A stretch of DNA of 64,000 nt, from assembly GCA_000182565.2 (NCBI GenBank), contig KQ257460.1; one strand, written 5' to 3'. Shown here one piece after another: positions 46,949-59,969 of the stretch. The stretch is from Spizellomyces punctatus DAOM BR117. Its lineage: Eukaryota. Positions within the stretch are counted from its first letter, which is position 1, and each line of letters opens with the position of its first letter. The position numbers and the translations under genes are program-made. The notes beneath the pieces are model-generated. The model made no database searches. It was not told where the DNA came from and saw only the letters and a program-made list of their open reading frames with translations.

Positions 46949-47038
46949 CTGAAGTACCGTCAATGCCAATTTTTTCGTTTTCATCGGCCATATAATTGTT
47001 TTGTATGTACATTGTCCACCATATAAAGAGCTAATTAT

Positions 47039-50000
47039 TTATAAATTCATGACAGACTTTTTCCACATGTCCGCTGATATCCCATGCCTTGTAATAGATG
47101 TATTGCTGACGATCTTGTGCTGTGTCAGGACCTGGTTAACATGGACCGATTTTGATGAAGGCTGTAAGAAAGCCGCTTCCTTACCTGCATTAAGCACCCA
47201 TCTCGCGCCCCAATGGAAAAGGCCCATCTTCCGTCGCATGAAAGTGCTACTCTTCCAACTGGTCCCGCGTGTGAAGTCCATGTGTATGCTGGAGCCTGGA
47301 AAATATCCAAGGTCACAAGCCTGCAATATATTGATAACTGCATGTCTCGGTACTTACCTCAGTCTGGTGCGCAGGATACTGTAACAGGTGAAGGTCCCCT
47401 CTTGACGTTCCTACCAAAAGCACTGGCTTGGCCGAGGTTTGATCTGCTGGCACTCCCCGCGTGCTGCATATCACCTTACAGAAAAATCGACATCACTGTC
47501 AGTTCGACCAAGCAAAGAATGCGGGTTATTGATTCAATTTTACCTCTCGCAACCCAAGTATGCATCCATGTGTTTCATACAATGCATTCCTCAGTTCACT
47601 CGACCCCAAAACCCGGGATAACCAGATTTTCTGTTTGATCGGGTCCAGAGTTCCAACCTTCTCTTGTATCGCTCTATCGCCGTGGCTGTAGACACCTTTT
47701 GTGCCCCATGTTAGGGGACAGGTCGTAGTTGCCCACTCAACGTCGCAGAACGGGATTGGAAGTGGTGGGGTTTTGGATGTCATCGTCCCTAACGTGCCAT
47801 TGGATGGTAAATATACGAAATGCAACTAATGTGCGCGCAACCGTTTCACGTACAGAACATGACTTCGCTATTTCCGCTGTTGGACTGAAGACGGACGGAA
47901 TCTGTTGACCAATCTACTCCGGTGACAAAGCTCGAATGCCCCTACGCAATTCTTTTCAGGACCAAGATTCCACATGTGAATACCAAATACAAACAACTTA
48001 CCCTACAGCACATTATCCTCTGATATCCCACATCGGCTCCGGCTACCGCATAAATATCAATAATGCCTTCGTGGCATGACACAGCCAAATAGTTTCCATC
48101 GGGAGAGTATTTTAGGTCGTGAATTGTATCGCGACGCTGCCGAATGACGTTGGTGGTTCCGTGAATGTCCGCAGTGAGAATATGTACCTGGGATATTTCT
48201 CAGTTTATATCGATTAGGTAGATCATGTGGGACTCAGTACTTACAACACCGTCATCCGTTCCTACGGCGATTTGACTTCCATTCGGTGCCCACGCACAGC
48301 TTCGTAGTTTGGTGTTGAGAGAACGCTTAACAACCTGCATAGGCAGATAATCAGATGACATACAGAATAACTATGCGACCTGAGATACGCTACCAGGACA
48401 TGGCTTTCCACATTCCATAATCGGAGAAATCCGTCGTCTGACGCGGTTAAAAGTAGAGCAGCATCAGTCGGATGTGTTGCAAGTCCCCAAAGTTGTGAAT
48501 TGTTTGCGGTGGAATGAGACTACAAATGATCAGTCGTCAGCAATTGCCGTACATAAACAAAACGACTCCCACCCGTGAAGCAATTTACCTCTTGCAGCAA
48601 CGTTCTAACCGCGCTCCCGTCACTTCTAAAACCAGCTTCCCACAGGCTACCGTCGCCACACCCAACCAAGGCCTTGGTCACATACCCAGCGCCGTCATTC
48701 ACCGTCCCACTCCCGTACCGATACGGAATGCCTTCTGGCCGTAATGCAGATCCCCTCCCAAGTGCCCGACTCGCCCGTCTTCGCAAGGCCTGGCCCCATC
48801 CGAACCATAATCCGCCGCATCCCCCGCCGTCCAAGGATCGGATGGAAGATTGTTCAGCAAAGGAGATCTCGGAGACAGGTTGGAGGGAATCATTCCACAA
48901 GATGATGCGGGAGTCTCCACCACCCGAGAGGAAGGATTGTGCAGGAAGTGGAAGGGCCGTAAGGGAGAGGACAGGGCCCTATCGTATTACCAAAAGCAAT
49001 GAGCATATTTTAAAACATGATACCGCGAACCACGTGCCGCACCTTATGTATGCGCCTGCATGTCACATCCACCTTCCCCATCCTCCAAAACACGATATCC
49101 CCGTTCAATCCCCCAGTGACCAAAATCCGATGCTTGGTGAAGGTGGCACACAGAAACGTGGGACGAGAACATAATTGCGGTACTGCTTTGCGGCTCCCTT
49201 CCAATAATCCTGGCTCGTTTACCAAACCTTCCTTATGGGACAAGGATGCGGCTCCGGAGAGCATGGAGACGTCTATGGTCCAGAATCCAAGGTGATTCAC
49301 GCCGGTGGTGATAAAATCGCGGCGACTCCAGGGATGGGGGATGATTGAAAACAACTAGTGTATGGGTGAGTTTCTTGTTACGTGTGCATCTTAATCTCTG
49401 TTCTTTCAGCATTTCAGATTACTCACTCTGCTGGGACATATGGCGCGAGCGACGGGTGTAGAAAATTCTGAATTGGAAGTGTCCACTTTTCGCCAGTCAA
49501 AGGCTGTAACCTGCCAGTGGATATAAGCAAATACCAAGGAGATGCATGACACCTTTGTGTCTATCAAACATGCGTCATCCGCTTACCTCTGCATCATCCT
49601 CCCGATTTCCGGCAATCAGTAAATAAACTCCATCCTTTGAAAATGCCAATGAGGGTACATGCACAATGTCACTTGGCAGCGTAATAACCGCCAACTTGAC
49701 CACATCCGTGTCATCGTCCAGTTGCACACCCAGCAATGACAGCTTAGATCCAGGTGATTTTGGCCGTCGAGGAATGCTTGCACTATTAGTCGTTGCTGCC
49801 GACACAGAGTTCCGCAATGTCCACACCGTAATGACGGGCTTGGGCCCCAGTTCCGCGGAAGCAGCTATCCCACCATCTGGATGCACGCAAAGGGATGTGA
49901 TTGCATTGACATGCTGAGCAAAGACGGTACGTATTGGTGACTCCACTTGCTGCGGCATTTGGGTTATCACAATGGTATTGCCAGCAGGGTAGATGGTTAC

Positions 50001-50582
50001 AGGTTGTGATTGGGTTGTCGGTGGGTACAGGTATAAGTAGTTGGAGCGTTGTGTAGCGGTGGAATATCCTATACCCAGAAATGTTATCTTGCGTCCTCAA
50101 CGAAGATGCAAAGCCGCTGATATTACCATATACATGGTCCAATACGAGAGCATGATTTGGCACCGCTGCTGGTTCTGCGGTATACGACGACGGTCCCTCG
50201 ATATGTTGCAAAAAGGCGAGGTTTGACTAAAAGTAATTTTAAGGTTAGGTTCTGCGGCATTTCAGATCGTTGACCAAACGACAAAAGACCTGCTGCCGAA
50301 ACTCATCCAACCAGCGCTGGGTATCCAGCGTCGTTGGAAACTCTCGCTCGATATCTGGATTGGCGAACTGGCCTTAGAATCCATGCAGCATGTTATCCGG
50401 TGCACCAGAGACATACCCAAAGGATTTTCCCCTTGCCAATTGATACCGACACTAGGCGACTGCGGCTCCTCCAAAGCGGCTTGGGCCTTCTGTTTTAGGA
50501 CCACATTTGCAGGGTCACTCACGGGCACTGTCCGCCGTCGCTGACGTCCGGTTTTTGGGAAGCACCCACAAAAATTGACCAT
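47039..50582 (-). CDS. EMAP-like (EML) HELP/WD40 microtubule-associated protein, many exons
   Basis: PNHALVLDHVYG HELP-like motif, HVNAITSLCVHPDG, FITTGVNHLGFW, LWGLATHP, DVEWATTTCPLTWGTKGV. Confidence 0.8.
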
Positions 50583-51107
50583 CTTGAACCAATGCTGAAC
50601 TGCCCACAATCACCGAAAACGTCGTGTAGAGAGTTGGAAAACGTTTATTAAAAAGTAAAATGAGCCCTACGTCTAAACACCATCGAATGCCACCAAATTG
50701 TTTGTCATTAAAACTCCGATGGATGTTCGACATTTTCTGATTATGGTCAACGTTTCCATTAGCCTGGTAGCCGCTCACATTCTACCCGGTATTTGGTGTT
50801 TGGATTATTTGCTTGATGGCTTTTACTGTTTGTTTGCGGGATCTTTGGCCACATCCTCGAATATTTCATTATCGCAGTTGTTTGTTTCATTTCCGTGTGA
50901 TAATCATATGCGTCTATAAAAAACGTATGGCGCACTAACACTCGACACACTATTTAGGATTGTGGCTGTTGCGTGGATAAATGGCTTTCTAAAAGAAAAA
51001 TGGCTCGCTGGCCCTTGGGATCCTGCTCCGGTGGGAGACCACTGCTACGGACTCCGACCTTTGTTATGCTCATTCATGTTTATCCTGGCCCAGCCAATCG
51101 TCAGCCA

Positions 51108-51180
51108 GTTCGCGTAGTCTAGTGGTTATGACGTCTGCTTTACACGCAGAAGGTCCTCGGTTCAAACCCGAGCGCGAACA
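51108..51180 (+). tRNA. tRNA-Val(TAC)
   Basis: GTTCGCGTAGTCTAGTGGTTATGACG-TCTGC-TTTACAC-GCAGA-AGGTCCTCGGTTCAAACCCGAGCGCGAACA. Confidence 0.93.
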
Positions 51181-51424
51181 CTGCCGGGTCGCGAATATCG
51201 CCTTTTTAGCTCGCAGAATTTCTGCTAGGGAACTAGCTCGCCTTTCAGACTGCTTTTGCTTCAAGCTACGGCCACGCTTCATTAGTTTACACATCTATTA
51301 AACCAAAAGTTCGAAACGATCTATGGACAAATATTTATGGATTTTCTACGCAATTGCAATATGAGGATGCGTGGACACCATAAAGGGACTCGGTCCGCTG
51401 CCCAGGATGCCCATCACAAGCTCA

Positions 51425-52657
51425 TCAAGTTGCCTCAACCCTGACGCCCGCATCCACTTCCTCTAACATCTCCCTTGTCGGTTGGTATTCTTTCCTGATG
51501 ACCTCAATCTGTAGTCTCAACCTCTGCGCTCGTCGTTCTAGTTCGACCATCTTTGCTAAATCAAAGTTTTTTCGTTTGTATAGTCTGATTTGGTGCTTTG
51601 TGGCTGTTACTTCCGCAAGGGCTTCGTATGTATATTCCTTTGAGGTGACGACGTAGAACATGTAGCTATCGAATGGGTGAATCAGCGGCAGGGTTAGGTT
51701 AGTGGTCTTCTTAGTTTCACATACCCTAGGATGCCTGTGCCAGCCTGTCGAGATGAATTTATGTGAGGGGTCGCCATGAAATGCAACGTACCCGTAAAAG
51801 GACTTACCCCAATAAAATAACTTATTGGTTCCATTACGTCCTGGCGAAACAAGGGTCATTTAACCAGCGCACAAAAGACTAAATGTCAAGGATCGCTTAC
51901 CCAACTATACTCCCACCAAGTTAATCTCGCCCTGCAAGGTTTCACGACTATCAATCAGCTCAGACTAATTTACAGGTTCTCTTCAATGACAGAAAGAACC
52001 CACATGATTCCCCATTGCGCACAGAGCGCACCCAACCCCAGCCAAGCAATCCTCACGCTGCTTCTGTGCGCCTTTTCATCCAAAGCCTTTTTAGTATCCC
52101 GGAGCGGTACCAGCTGGTTTTCGACACTTTCTAGCTCATGTCTCAAAGGAGAAACACGGGCTTCGAACGTCGGAACGTGGACATGGAGGAGCTGCGTATT
52201 GTTTACGAGGAGGACAAAGCCACCACGGTGGAGTGATCGGCTGAGGACATGCGAAATTTGCGTTGATCTATTGACAAGCCCATTAGTATTACTCCGAAGC
52301 TAAAACGTACAGCGCATGGAGGTTTCATCACCTGGCCCATCGAAACCCTTTGTCCTTTTCATTCTCCTTTGGCAAGTCATACACCGCAATCTCCTTGATA
52401 TTAGGATCTTCCTCTTTGATTTGCTCCAGCAGTACGGATACGGGTTTTAGAGGCGAAATCCGGAACGCAGTTTTCGCCCCGTTTGAGACAGTTAGGGTAA
52501 GAAGCGGCGTTTGTCCTTCGTATCGGACAGTGGCGTCAGAATGTGACGTTGTGGTTGTCAAGCATCGGGCCATGGCTATCGTGCGCGTACGATACAGAAA
52601 GGACAGCTGTGGGCCACTTGGGCGTGAGAGGATGCCATGGTGGAAGGGTATGCGCAT
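51425..52657 (-). CDS. MCU: Mitochondrial calcium uniporter pore subunit, multi-exon
   Basis: Spliced ARLTWWEYSW|DVMEPISYF selectivity filter, YVVTSKEYTY, an Arg-rich presequence and the N-terminal PVSVLLEQIKEEDP. Confidence 0.9.
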
Positions 52658-53011
52658 TCTTTACGGCGAGTGTGGAGATCGCGGCGATCTGTTCTGTACC
52701 AAAAGCAGAAGCCGACTGTACCTGCGTGGCAACTTTGCCTGTAGTGATGACGTAATCACTCCCGAGTTGGTCTGTGGTCTTTCAAGCAGGATTACGGACT
52801 GAACTTGTAACAACAGATGACACTCGCCAGCATGCCAGTTCAATATAGCCTTTAACCGGCAGCTTTCTACCAAGAAATGCTTACGACGAGCGCAAGTGCC
52901 AGTAAACAAATAGAATAACGTAAATAAACGCCGAGGAATCTTTGCTTCAAATCCTATTCACAAGCGACGTCCATACAGGCTATAAAAGAAAAACTACAAG
53001 GAAATCCCCAT

Positions 53012-53455
53012 TTAAAATTTTCTGGCAGCATCCTTTGTTCTGTCATTGGCATCTTCTACTGTCCTCCGCGCACCCTTTCCAAAGTCCTCAACAGCCCGTT
53101 TCGCTGTTTTCTCAGCCCGCTGTGCACCACTCCTTACTTCAGCCTCCGCGCGTTGCGGGTTCCGCTCAACATCTTTAGCCTTGGCCTCTACAGTCTCTGC
53201 AGCTCTTTGTCCTGTTCCGCCAATAGCTCCCTCTGTTGTGAATTGCTTTCCGATGGCACCCTTGGACGACAATGGTCCGCCGACTTTCTCGGCGGTGCCG
53301 CCGATTTTACCGGAAGGAGTGAATTGCTTGCCAATTGAACCGTCTTCCTTAAGAGCCTGGGCAGCCTTTTTGACGGCGTCTGCAGCGGATTGCAGTGGGT
53401 TCTTGAGTGTTCGGGAGGTGGTGGTGAATAGACGGATAGTGTTGCGAGAGGCCAT
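53012..53455 (-). CDS. Small conserved fungal protein with GSIGKQFT repeats (LEA-like, presequence-like N-terminus)
   Basis: 147-aa ORF with a duplicated G(S/A)IGKQFTxxGxIGGT motif. TATAAAA upstream on the minus strand (~53570). Confidence 0.7.
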   Translation of the reverse strand: MASRNTIRLFTTTSRTLKNPLQSAADAVKKAAQALKEDGSIGKQFTPSGKIGGTAEKVGGPLSSKGAIGKQFTTEGAIGGTGQRAAETVEAKAKDVERNPQRAEAEVRSGAQRAEKTAKRAVEDFGKGARRTVEDANDRTKDAARKF

Positions 53456-54516
53456 TTTTGTGGTGATCGAAGAGTGTTTGTCGTTAAAAGAGGGAAGAGT
53501 GTGTGTTGCTTATTCTTTGGTTGATGAGTTTGAAGAAAGAAAAGGTCTGCGACCTTGTCCCCTTTTTATAGCCCGCGGCCATCACCACAAGTTGAAGGAT
53601 GACGAACGATCCAATAGTGTGATGTCATCATTTGCGAAAAGCGCGACGCATTGAACACTTCGTTGGTTTCTTCAATTTCACCGCCACACTGAGGCGTGAA
53701 CGACAATGCCCTCATCATCTCACAGCGGCCCTTGGGATAACTTTAGCAAGGCGATGGGACTAGCAGCATGGCCCGGAACGACTCTAAGGGGAAGATCCGG
53801 CACTGCGTGATCTTGTCATCATCGGGATGGCTTCTTTGAACATTGGTACATGCGATTGACGATCTTGCTGTTCCGCAGTAATCGCCGCAGCGGTTCCCGA
53901 CAGTACGTGAAAGAGCGCAAGACATGGATCTTACCCTGCACGGTGAAGGCGAGTGCTGCGGACGAAGCTGGTGATTGCCCAATCCAAATAAATGACATCA
54001 TACCGTATTATCTACACAAGTTGCCTCTTAAACTGGGACCATCAGCCTTACCTTTTCTCATAAGTATGTGTACTCTATGGAATATCTTTCATATATGCCA
54101 CTAGCTAGGCTCTGGTAGAATTCTGTACAAGTACTTTTGCACCATCTTTTTTTGGGGCCTGCATTTTGCAGGGTATGGTACAGAACAAGCAGTGCGTTAT
54201 GGAACGATGAATCCGCAACCCATCATCTATACTTGGAAAGCAGTCAATACCAATACTCATAGATAACCAGCTGAACGCTGCATTCAAAGGAAGTCTTCAT
54301 GGCGCCTCCGCCCAAGTTGGACGCGCTGCTGCACCCATCGTTCACAAGATCAGTTTCATCTGGCGACTGACCACCTTCAAAAATATGGTTTTCAGCCGCC
54401 AAGATAGTCTATAAAACAACGGCGCCTTACTGGCCCAAACCACAAACCTGCACAAAATATCTCTCTCCCGCCAAAAACAACATCGCGCCGAGTCCAGGAT
54501 AATCATATCAAGAGTC

Positions 54517-54723
54517 ATGCCAGAAGCACCAGTACTCTCACAGCCTCGTCAAATCGTTCTACCTTGGACCTTTCGAGGAATAATAATGACCATTCTTGTT
54601 CTTTATGGTATTGCCGTAGTAACCTGGATAGCGGTATCCCTCAACGATATTGCTGGCGCCGCACGAGGAGGTGTCCGAACTCCTCTAGTGAACACACGAG
54701 GCGCCAATAAAGCTGACGATTAA
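54517..54723 (+). CDS. Small single-pass membrane peptide (68 aa)
   Basis: IIMTILVLYGIAVVTWIAVSL hydrophobic helix, with TATAAAA about 105 bp upstream. Confidence 0.45.
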   Translation: MPEAPVLSQPRQIVLPWTFRGIIMTILVLYGIAVVTWIAVSLNDIAGAARGGVRTPLVNTRGANKADD

Positions 54724-56114
54724 ACATGGTAGACATTCATGATAGATGGGTAACTGGAAATGAAACTCATGCGCTGAGCTGAAGAAGTTGAAGAACAGAG
54801 CAGTAGGTTCGGTAGACGCTGTGCTTTTAGTACCTTACGTAGAGATGGAATTAAGGAGATGGGAAAGATTAGTAAACTTTAATAGTTCAATATTAACAAC
54901 CTGCACAACCTTATCCCTTTCGCACTGCGTGCTCACGCTTCACCGACAGCTGTCAACTCTCAAAGGCGCATCTTTAGTCAAACAGGAACCCTGTAACAGG
55001 TGCCTTTAAAATGGCACCACCCTCCGGTGTTCGATGCTTCAATAAAGATAAATATTGTACGCCAACTTTCAAACTGGGGTCAGGTTTTGAACTGGCACAT
55101 CTGGCAAACGCCTGCCGAAACGAACATGTCACCCACAAATGAACATTATAACTATGTTATAACTATGCCGTGTCATTGAGGTCTGAAAATCAGCCTTTGT
55201 CAATAGAGGAAGACGAGTCCGGATTGGCATAAAAAGCCTTTATTGTCGTGGCCACAAGCGGCGCCATAACCTTCCTCCCACTGATGACTGGTGTGGCAAC
55301 AGGTTAACCGCCACACGGTAAGGCCACATTACACACTGCTCTTTCACGCATCTGAACCTTATGGTCTCTTCCTCCCTGTGAGTGCTGGCTTGAAATTGAG
55401 TTATTCTGTTACAATTTTGGGCCGCTATCGCAGCACAGGGAGGCATTTCACGGTCGTAGATTGTTTGCTCATGTGAGCTCGTGTGCTTCAAAACATTCGA
55501 TTGGTATTGTACTGTGGCAGGCGTTAGCGGAAGCAAATGAACGCTTGAAACAATGGGGTTGTCCATACCCAAGGCCAATCTTTGCGGGATTGGTTTTTTT
55601 GTTTTAGGATCGAGCGTAACTAGACTTTCTGTTGTGTTACCCATCATTCACCAATCAATCGGAGGGCTTTCCGGATGTTCATTGCCGGATGATGGGCACA
55701 GTATTCGTAGATGAGGGTCATTCCTTGCTGTGTCAACGGTAGACGCACTATAACTGTGGGTTACAAGCAGAACAATACCATAACAGAAGTTGGTTTCTAC
55801 GGCCATTCCTGGTTTCTGGTTCTTGTGCCCATGGAATACAAATTGTGGTGTTTTATGGGGGCTTTTAAATTGGATGAACTTGCATTTAAATTCGCTACTC
55901 AGTAGAGGTTCGCCAGAGTTTGTTTTTGCAATAACATCCCCCATCAACATTCATTTAAAAAAACTGTTTGGCATCCTCTCGGTATTGTGATAAAACTAGA
56001 ACCAAAACCTGATTTTTTCTGCGGCCTCCGCATAATATATGAAGACGGTGTCTCAACAACGTAAAACCTCTCTGCTCGTTACTACGGCGTTTGCCAAATC
56101 CAAACTACTGCAAA

Positions 56115-57365
56115 GATGGCCATGACGAACATGACAATGCCTTGCATGGCAGACGTGGGGGCAAGTAGTTCTTTTTCTTTTTTTTTGTACTGTCACCTTC
56201 TGACAATCCAAGTAATTCACAGGTCCAATACATCATGCAAGGGTATCTCAAGTCAACGAAAGACGCATATGCCACCGTCGCAATGATTACCGGTGCGGCG
56301 CTACCTCTAGTTGCTGGAAACATTCTCGTTTCCATCTGGCGGCTGTTGACCAACGTTCGAAATTATCGTGCATATACGCTCCTTATCGGGTCTTTGGGGT
56401 TGGGGACTACAGGAGCGATGATCGTACAAGGCATCTTCTTATCGCGGACGAGAGTGTCTATTATTACAGGGTTTATAGGTTGGGTAGTTGGTCTGGTAAG
56501 AATTTCGGCTGCTGGCGTTAGCGCATTTTCATCTAGAGAAACTCACTTGTATGTGGTTATGTTCTAGGTGGCATTGAATATAGCGGGCATGATGAGGTAG
56601 AATTTACAACGTCAAAATGCATTTTGCGGTTAACCCCTTTTAACAGCTGATATATAGGTTTATGATCCCCTTGACCCTCGCAGTGCACAAAAAGATCTAC
56701 GTTATTGTAACGCTTATTATTGTCACGATATTCGGCGTTGTCACCACCTACATGGGGGTAGCAGAAGTGCTGGAATGGACATTCCCGTACGTATCTCCGT
56801 GAGCATTTTTGAAGATATAGCTTAATTTATTTCATGATGCGTCTTCAGCGTGACAACTCCACAATCTTTCACACAAAAGTTTGCTGCGATTTCGTTGATG
56901 TTGCCAGTCTTTTATGCCTTCTCAGGATTCATCTGCTTCAGCCTTCAGGTATTTTGGAAGCTACTGGTCCTCATCTATATCGACCTTCTCTGATATCATT
57001 ATTTCCAGCTTCGTCGCGCATTTCTCAATCTCGAGAATAAAACAACCGGATTTGAAAGAATGCGGTCGCTGGAATTTGCCAACTATTTCTTGATGGTCTT
57101 CCTACTCCTAACCCTCACGATCTACTTTATTTTTTTCAGAACATTTAAAGGTGATCCACGATCTGCTGTAAGGCCTTTGAAAAACGTTTACTGATACTTG
57201 GCTTCCTACTCCTTGCAGACGACGCCAAACTCGACACTCCTACGGCGCTCTTTTTCACACAGATCTTCTTGTCCTGTGAGAATGTGTTTGAGAGTTTGAC
57301 AACTCTGGTGCACAACACGACTACTGGTTCCATGATATCCCGTTCAAGACAGTCAAGACAGTAAG
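56115..57365 (+). CDS. Multi-pass (7TM-like) membrane protein, multi-exon
   Basis: A series of hydrophobic exons separated by short GT..AG introns. The frame of the distal exons was not resolved. Confidence 0.45.
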
Positions 57366-58004
57366 TGAAAAGGCAGTTAGATCGCTGCTTCAGTCAATCC
57401 CATTTTCTTATTTTTCGTGTGTCTCCAGCACTGGGAGCGCTTTATCAGGAGATCATCTCAGGTCAGCACCAAGCGTGAGGCCTAGTCATGCCAGGCCGCA
57501 GGATCAGTCTCTGCTTGTACCCGCATGAGAATAGTCTGCGTCAAAGCTCATTGTATTCCCAAATCAATTTTGGGTGACATATTACTAGCGTAATATAGCA
57601 TGGATCGTGGAATTTTTCGTATGCCTAATGGACGGAAGATTTGACACGAGTATGTTAATTCCCGGGACATTCCTAGGATGAGCCCATTGGAAACAATATT
57701 CATTATGGCACATTTGGTTGTTTGCACAGCGCGCATGAAGCACCCTTGATGCGTACACAGTGTGAATAGACAGCAACCATGTACGGAAATTTGGTGAATG
57801 TCATGGCAGAATCTTGATGTGGACATCGTAGTGTGTCTGTTGGTCTTCATATGGCTTTCCATAGTGCAATTGCAGGCATTATGGGAGTCGACGCCCAGAT
57901 TTACCACACAACGGAGGCGATTGACATACTACATATGTAACATCCATAATCTTGGGCAATATGATACTAAGTACACGGTTTTGCCATCCCAATGTCCAGA
58001 CAGC

Positions 58005-59650
58005 CTATGCACCGCTTGCCTCAACGACGCTCCCAACCAAGACGCTAAATGAATCCTCTGGCACATCCTCGGCTTCCTGATTCCATTTCTCAGCCTCGTC
58101 TTCAAAGATTTGCATCAATCCCTTCATCATAACCTTGCACTGCTCTAGGGTATCACCAGCAAACATGGCTCCAAACCGTCCAAACTCTGCCACGCCGCCA
58201 ATCATGTAAAGAACGACTCCTGTTTGGGTTTCGTGTGACCAGTCGTAGGGAGACCGTGAAAGAATATCGGGCACATCTCCTGGAGTTAAAGTTTTAAGAG
58301 CCTCGGAGCCGAAATGGTCTGTTGTTATATAATGTTTTGTCTTCAGTTGCGCTGGGGATGTTGTATCCAGCGATGTGTGATTGAGGAGGAGGAGGGACAT
58401 GAGAGGAAATGTTGTTCCTGTTGCTCTGAGATTGATTTCTAGGGCATGTAGGCTGTGTTCGTTTGATCTAGAGTTGGCTGATGGTGGGGTTGCCATAAAA
58501 TCAACGCCAAAGTGCCCTGCTACACCATGCTTCGCCAGTACCTGGCCAACCTCAGATGCATAACGAACTAATCCAGCACCGTAGGCCGAGTTGGCAGGAA
58601 ACTGGCATCCGTCGTAATGTCGCCCATCCATTACTTGCTCATGTGTCGAGAGAATAGTCACTTGGCCGTCTTCTGATATATATCCTTGAGCGGACGGCGT
58701 TGTTTGCCCAGCTTGCTGCGGGACAAACGCTTCAAAGATGGCGCCAATGGATTGGATGCCGCTCTGGAATCGGGTCCAGCATTCGTCCTTGGATTCAAAT
58801 GACATGGATTCCAAAGCTCTTCCGATAGCATTTTTGAGAGAAGAATCGACGTGATAGGTCGAGTTGGAGGATCCGTGCAACATCTCAGCTGCTTCGCTCA
58901 GGTCCACAATGGCATTGCCCATGCCCGCAAAAGACTCATCGAGTTTGACCATGCCCTTTTTCACTCCCGGATTGTGGACCAAAACCTCACCAATTGCCTC
59001 TACCAACGCTTCTACACTCTGTGCCGCTTGGTACGTTCCCACTGGATGGGGCACTTGTGCCTCCCGGAATGCCTTCCTCGAACCAGATTTCGTTCCCCAT
59101 TTCATTTCCTCTGGAGTAGCAGCCTCCAGCTTCAATCCTAGCTCCTCCGCAACCCGCTTCTCGAACATTGTTCTCCGATATACCTGCAATCTGGCTCGGC
59201 TAGGCCTTATAATGCCCTTGATCCGCTGCAAAAGCCTAGGCCTCCTCAGCAACTTTTGGGCAAGGCAATGTCCGGATGGATCATGGACAGAGAATAATCG
59301 AAGACGGCGCGACAGGTCCTTATGTGATAGAGAGGACGGAAGGAGGGAAATGTAGTAGTTGATGACCTCTGGGTCAAGCGGCATCGATGAGATGTAGATG
59401 ACCCGCGTGGCGGGGTGGGTGAGGTGAAGAATATGGTAGAGAAGACGCTCCTCATAATTAACCAGCCCAGAGATTTTATTTAACTCCTCGGCATCAAAGG
59501 TTAAAGATGGAAGAACAACGAGGTCTGGAGAGTGGCTAGCTGAGACTCAAATATGAACCGAATGCGACAAAGAGTACTGAGCAAACCTTGGTCGACTTCC
59601 TCCCAGTAGTTTTTCAAGGTTGGCTCGTCATTTCCAATGCCTGCGCTCAT
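58005..59650 (-). CDS. ATP-grasp ligase, PGM1-related/IQCH-like family
   Basis: VVLPSLTFDAEELNKISGLVNYEERLL, WGTKSGSRKAFREA, VKLDESFAGMGNA, STHEQ..YDGCQFPA, GHFGVDF, EINLRATGTTFP. One 47-nt intron at 59586-59540. Confidence 0.8.
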
Positions 59651-59969
59651 TGTGTTGACGGTATTGCATTGTGAGGACGAGTTGCCAAACTCCCCCGTCT
59701 TATATTTCTGCAGGGGGATGCCCAACACATCAGGAGACGAGTGGCTTATACATGCTTAGGCGGGCGGCGCTCGTGTCGTCATCACTCATGCGACCCTCGA
59801 ATTATCTCCGAAAGCATAAAATAAAGTTATGTGGATGTTGAGCCATCAGAAACTTCATGTTATATAAACTGGCAAGGCGACAATGAACATGAACAATCTA
59901 ATTGGTACACAGCAGTAATAAACACATTCCTCCCTATTACAACCTCACAACAAAATGTGACCCTATGTA

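Noticed and set aside
55240-55950. Two abutting same-frame minus-strand ORFs, possible pseudogene
   Set aside because: No recognisable motif, so I could not support a call.
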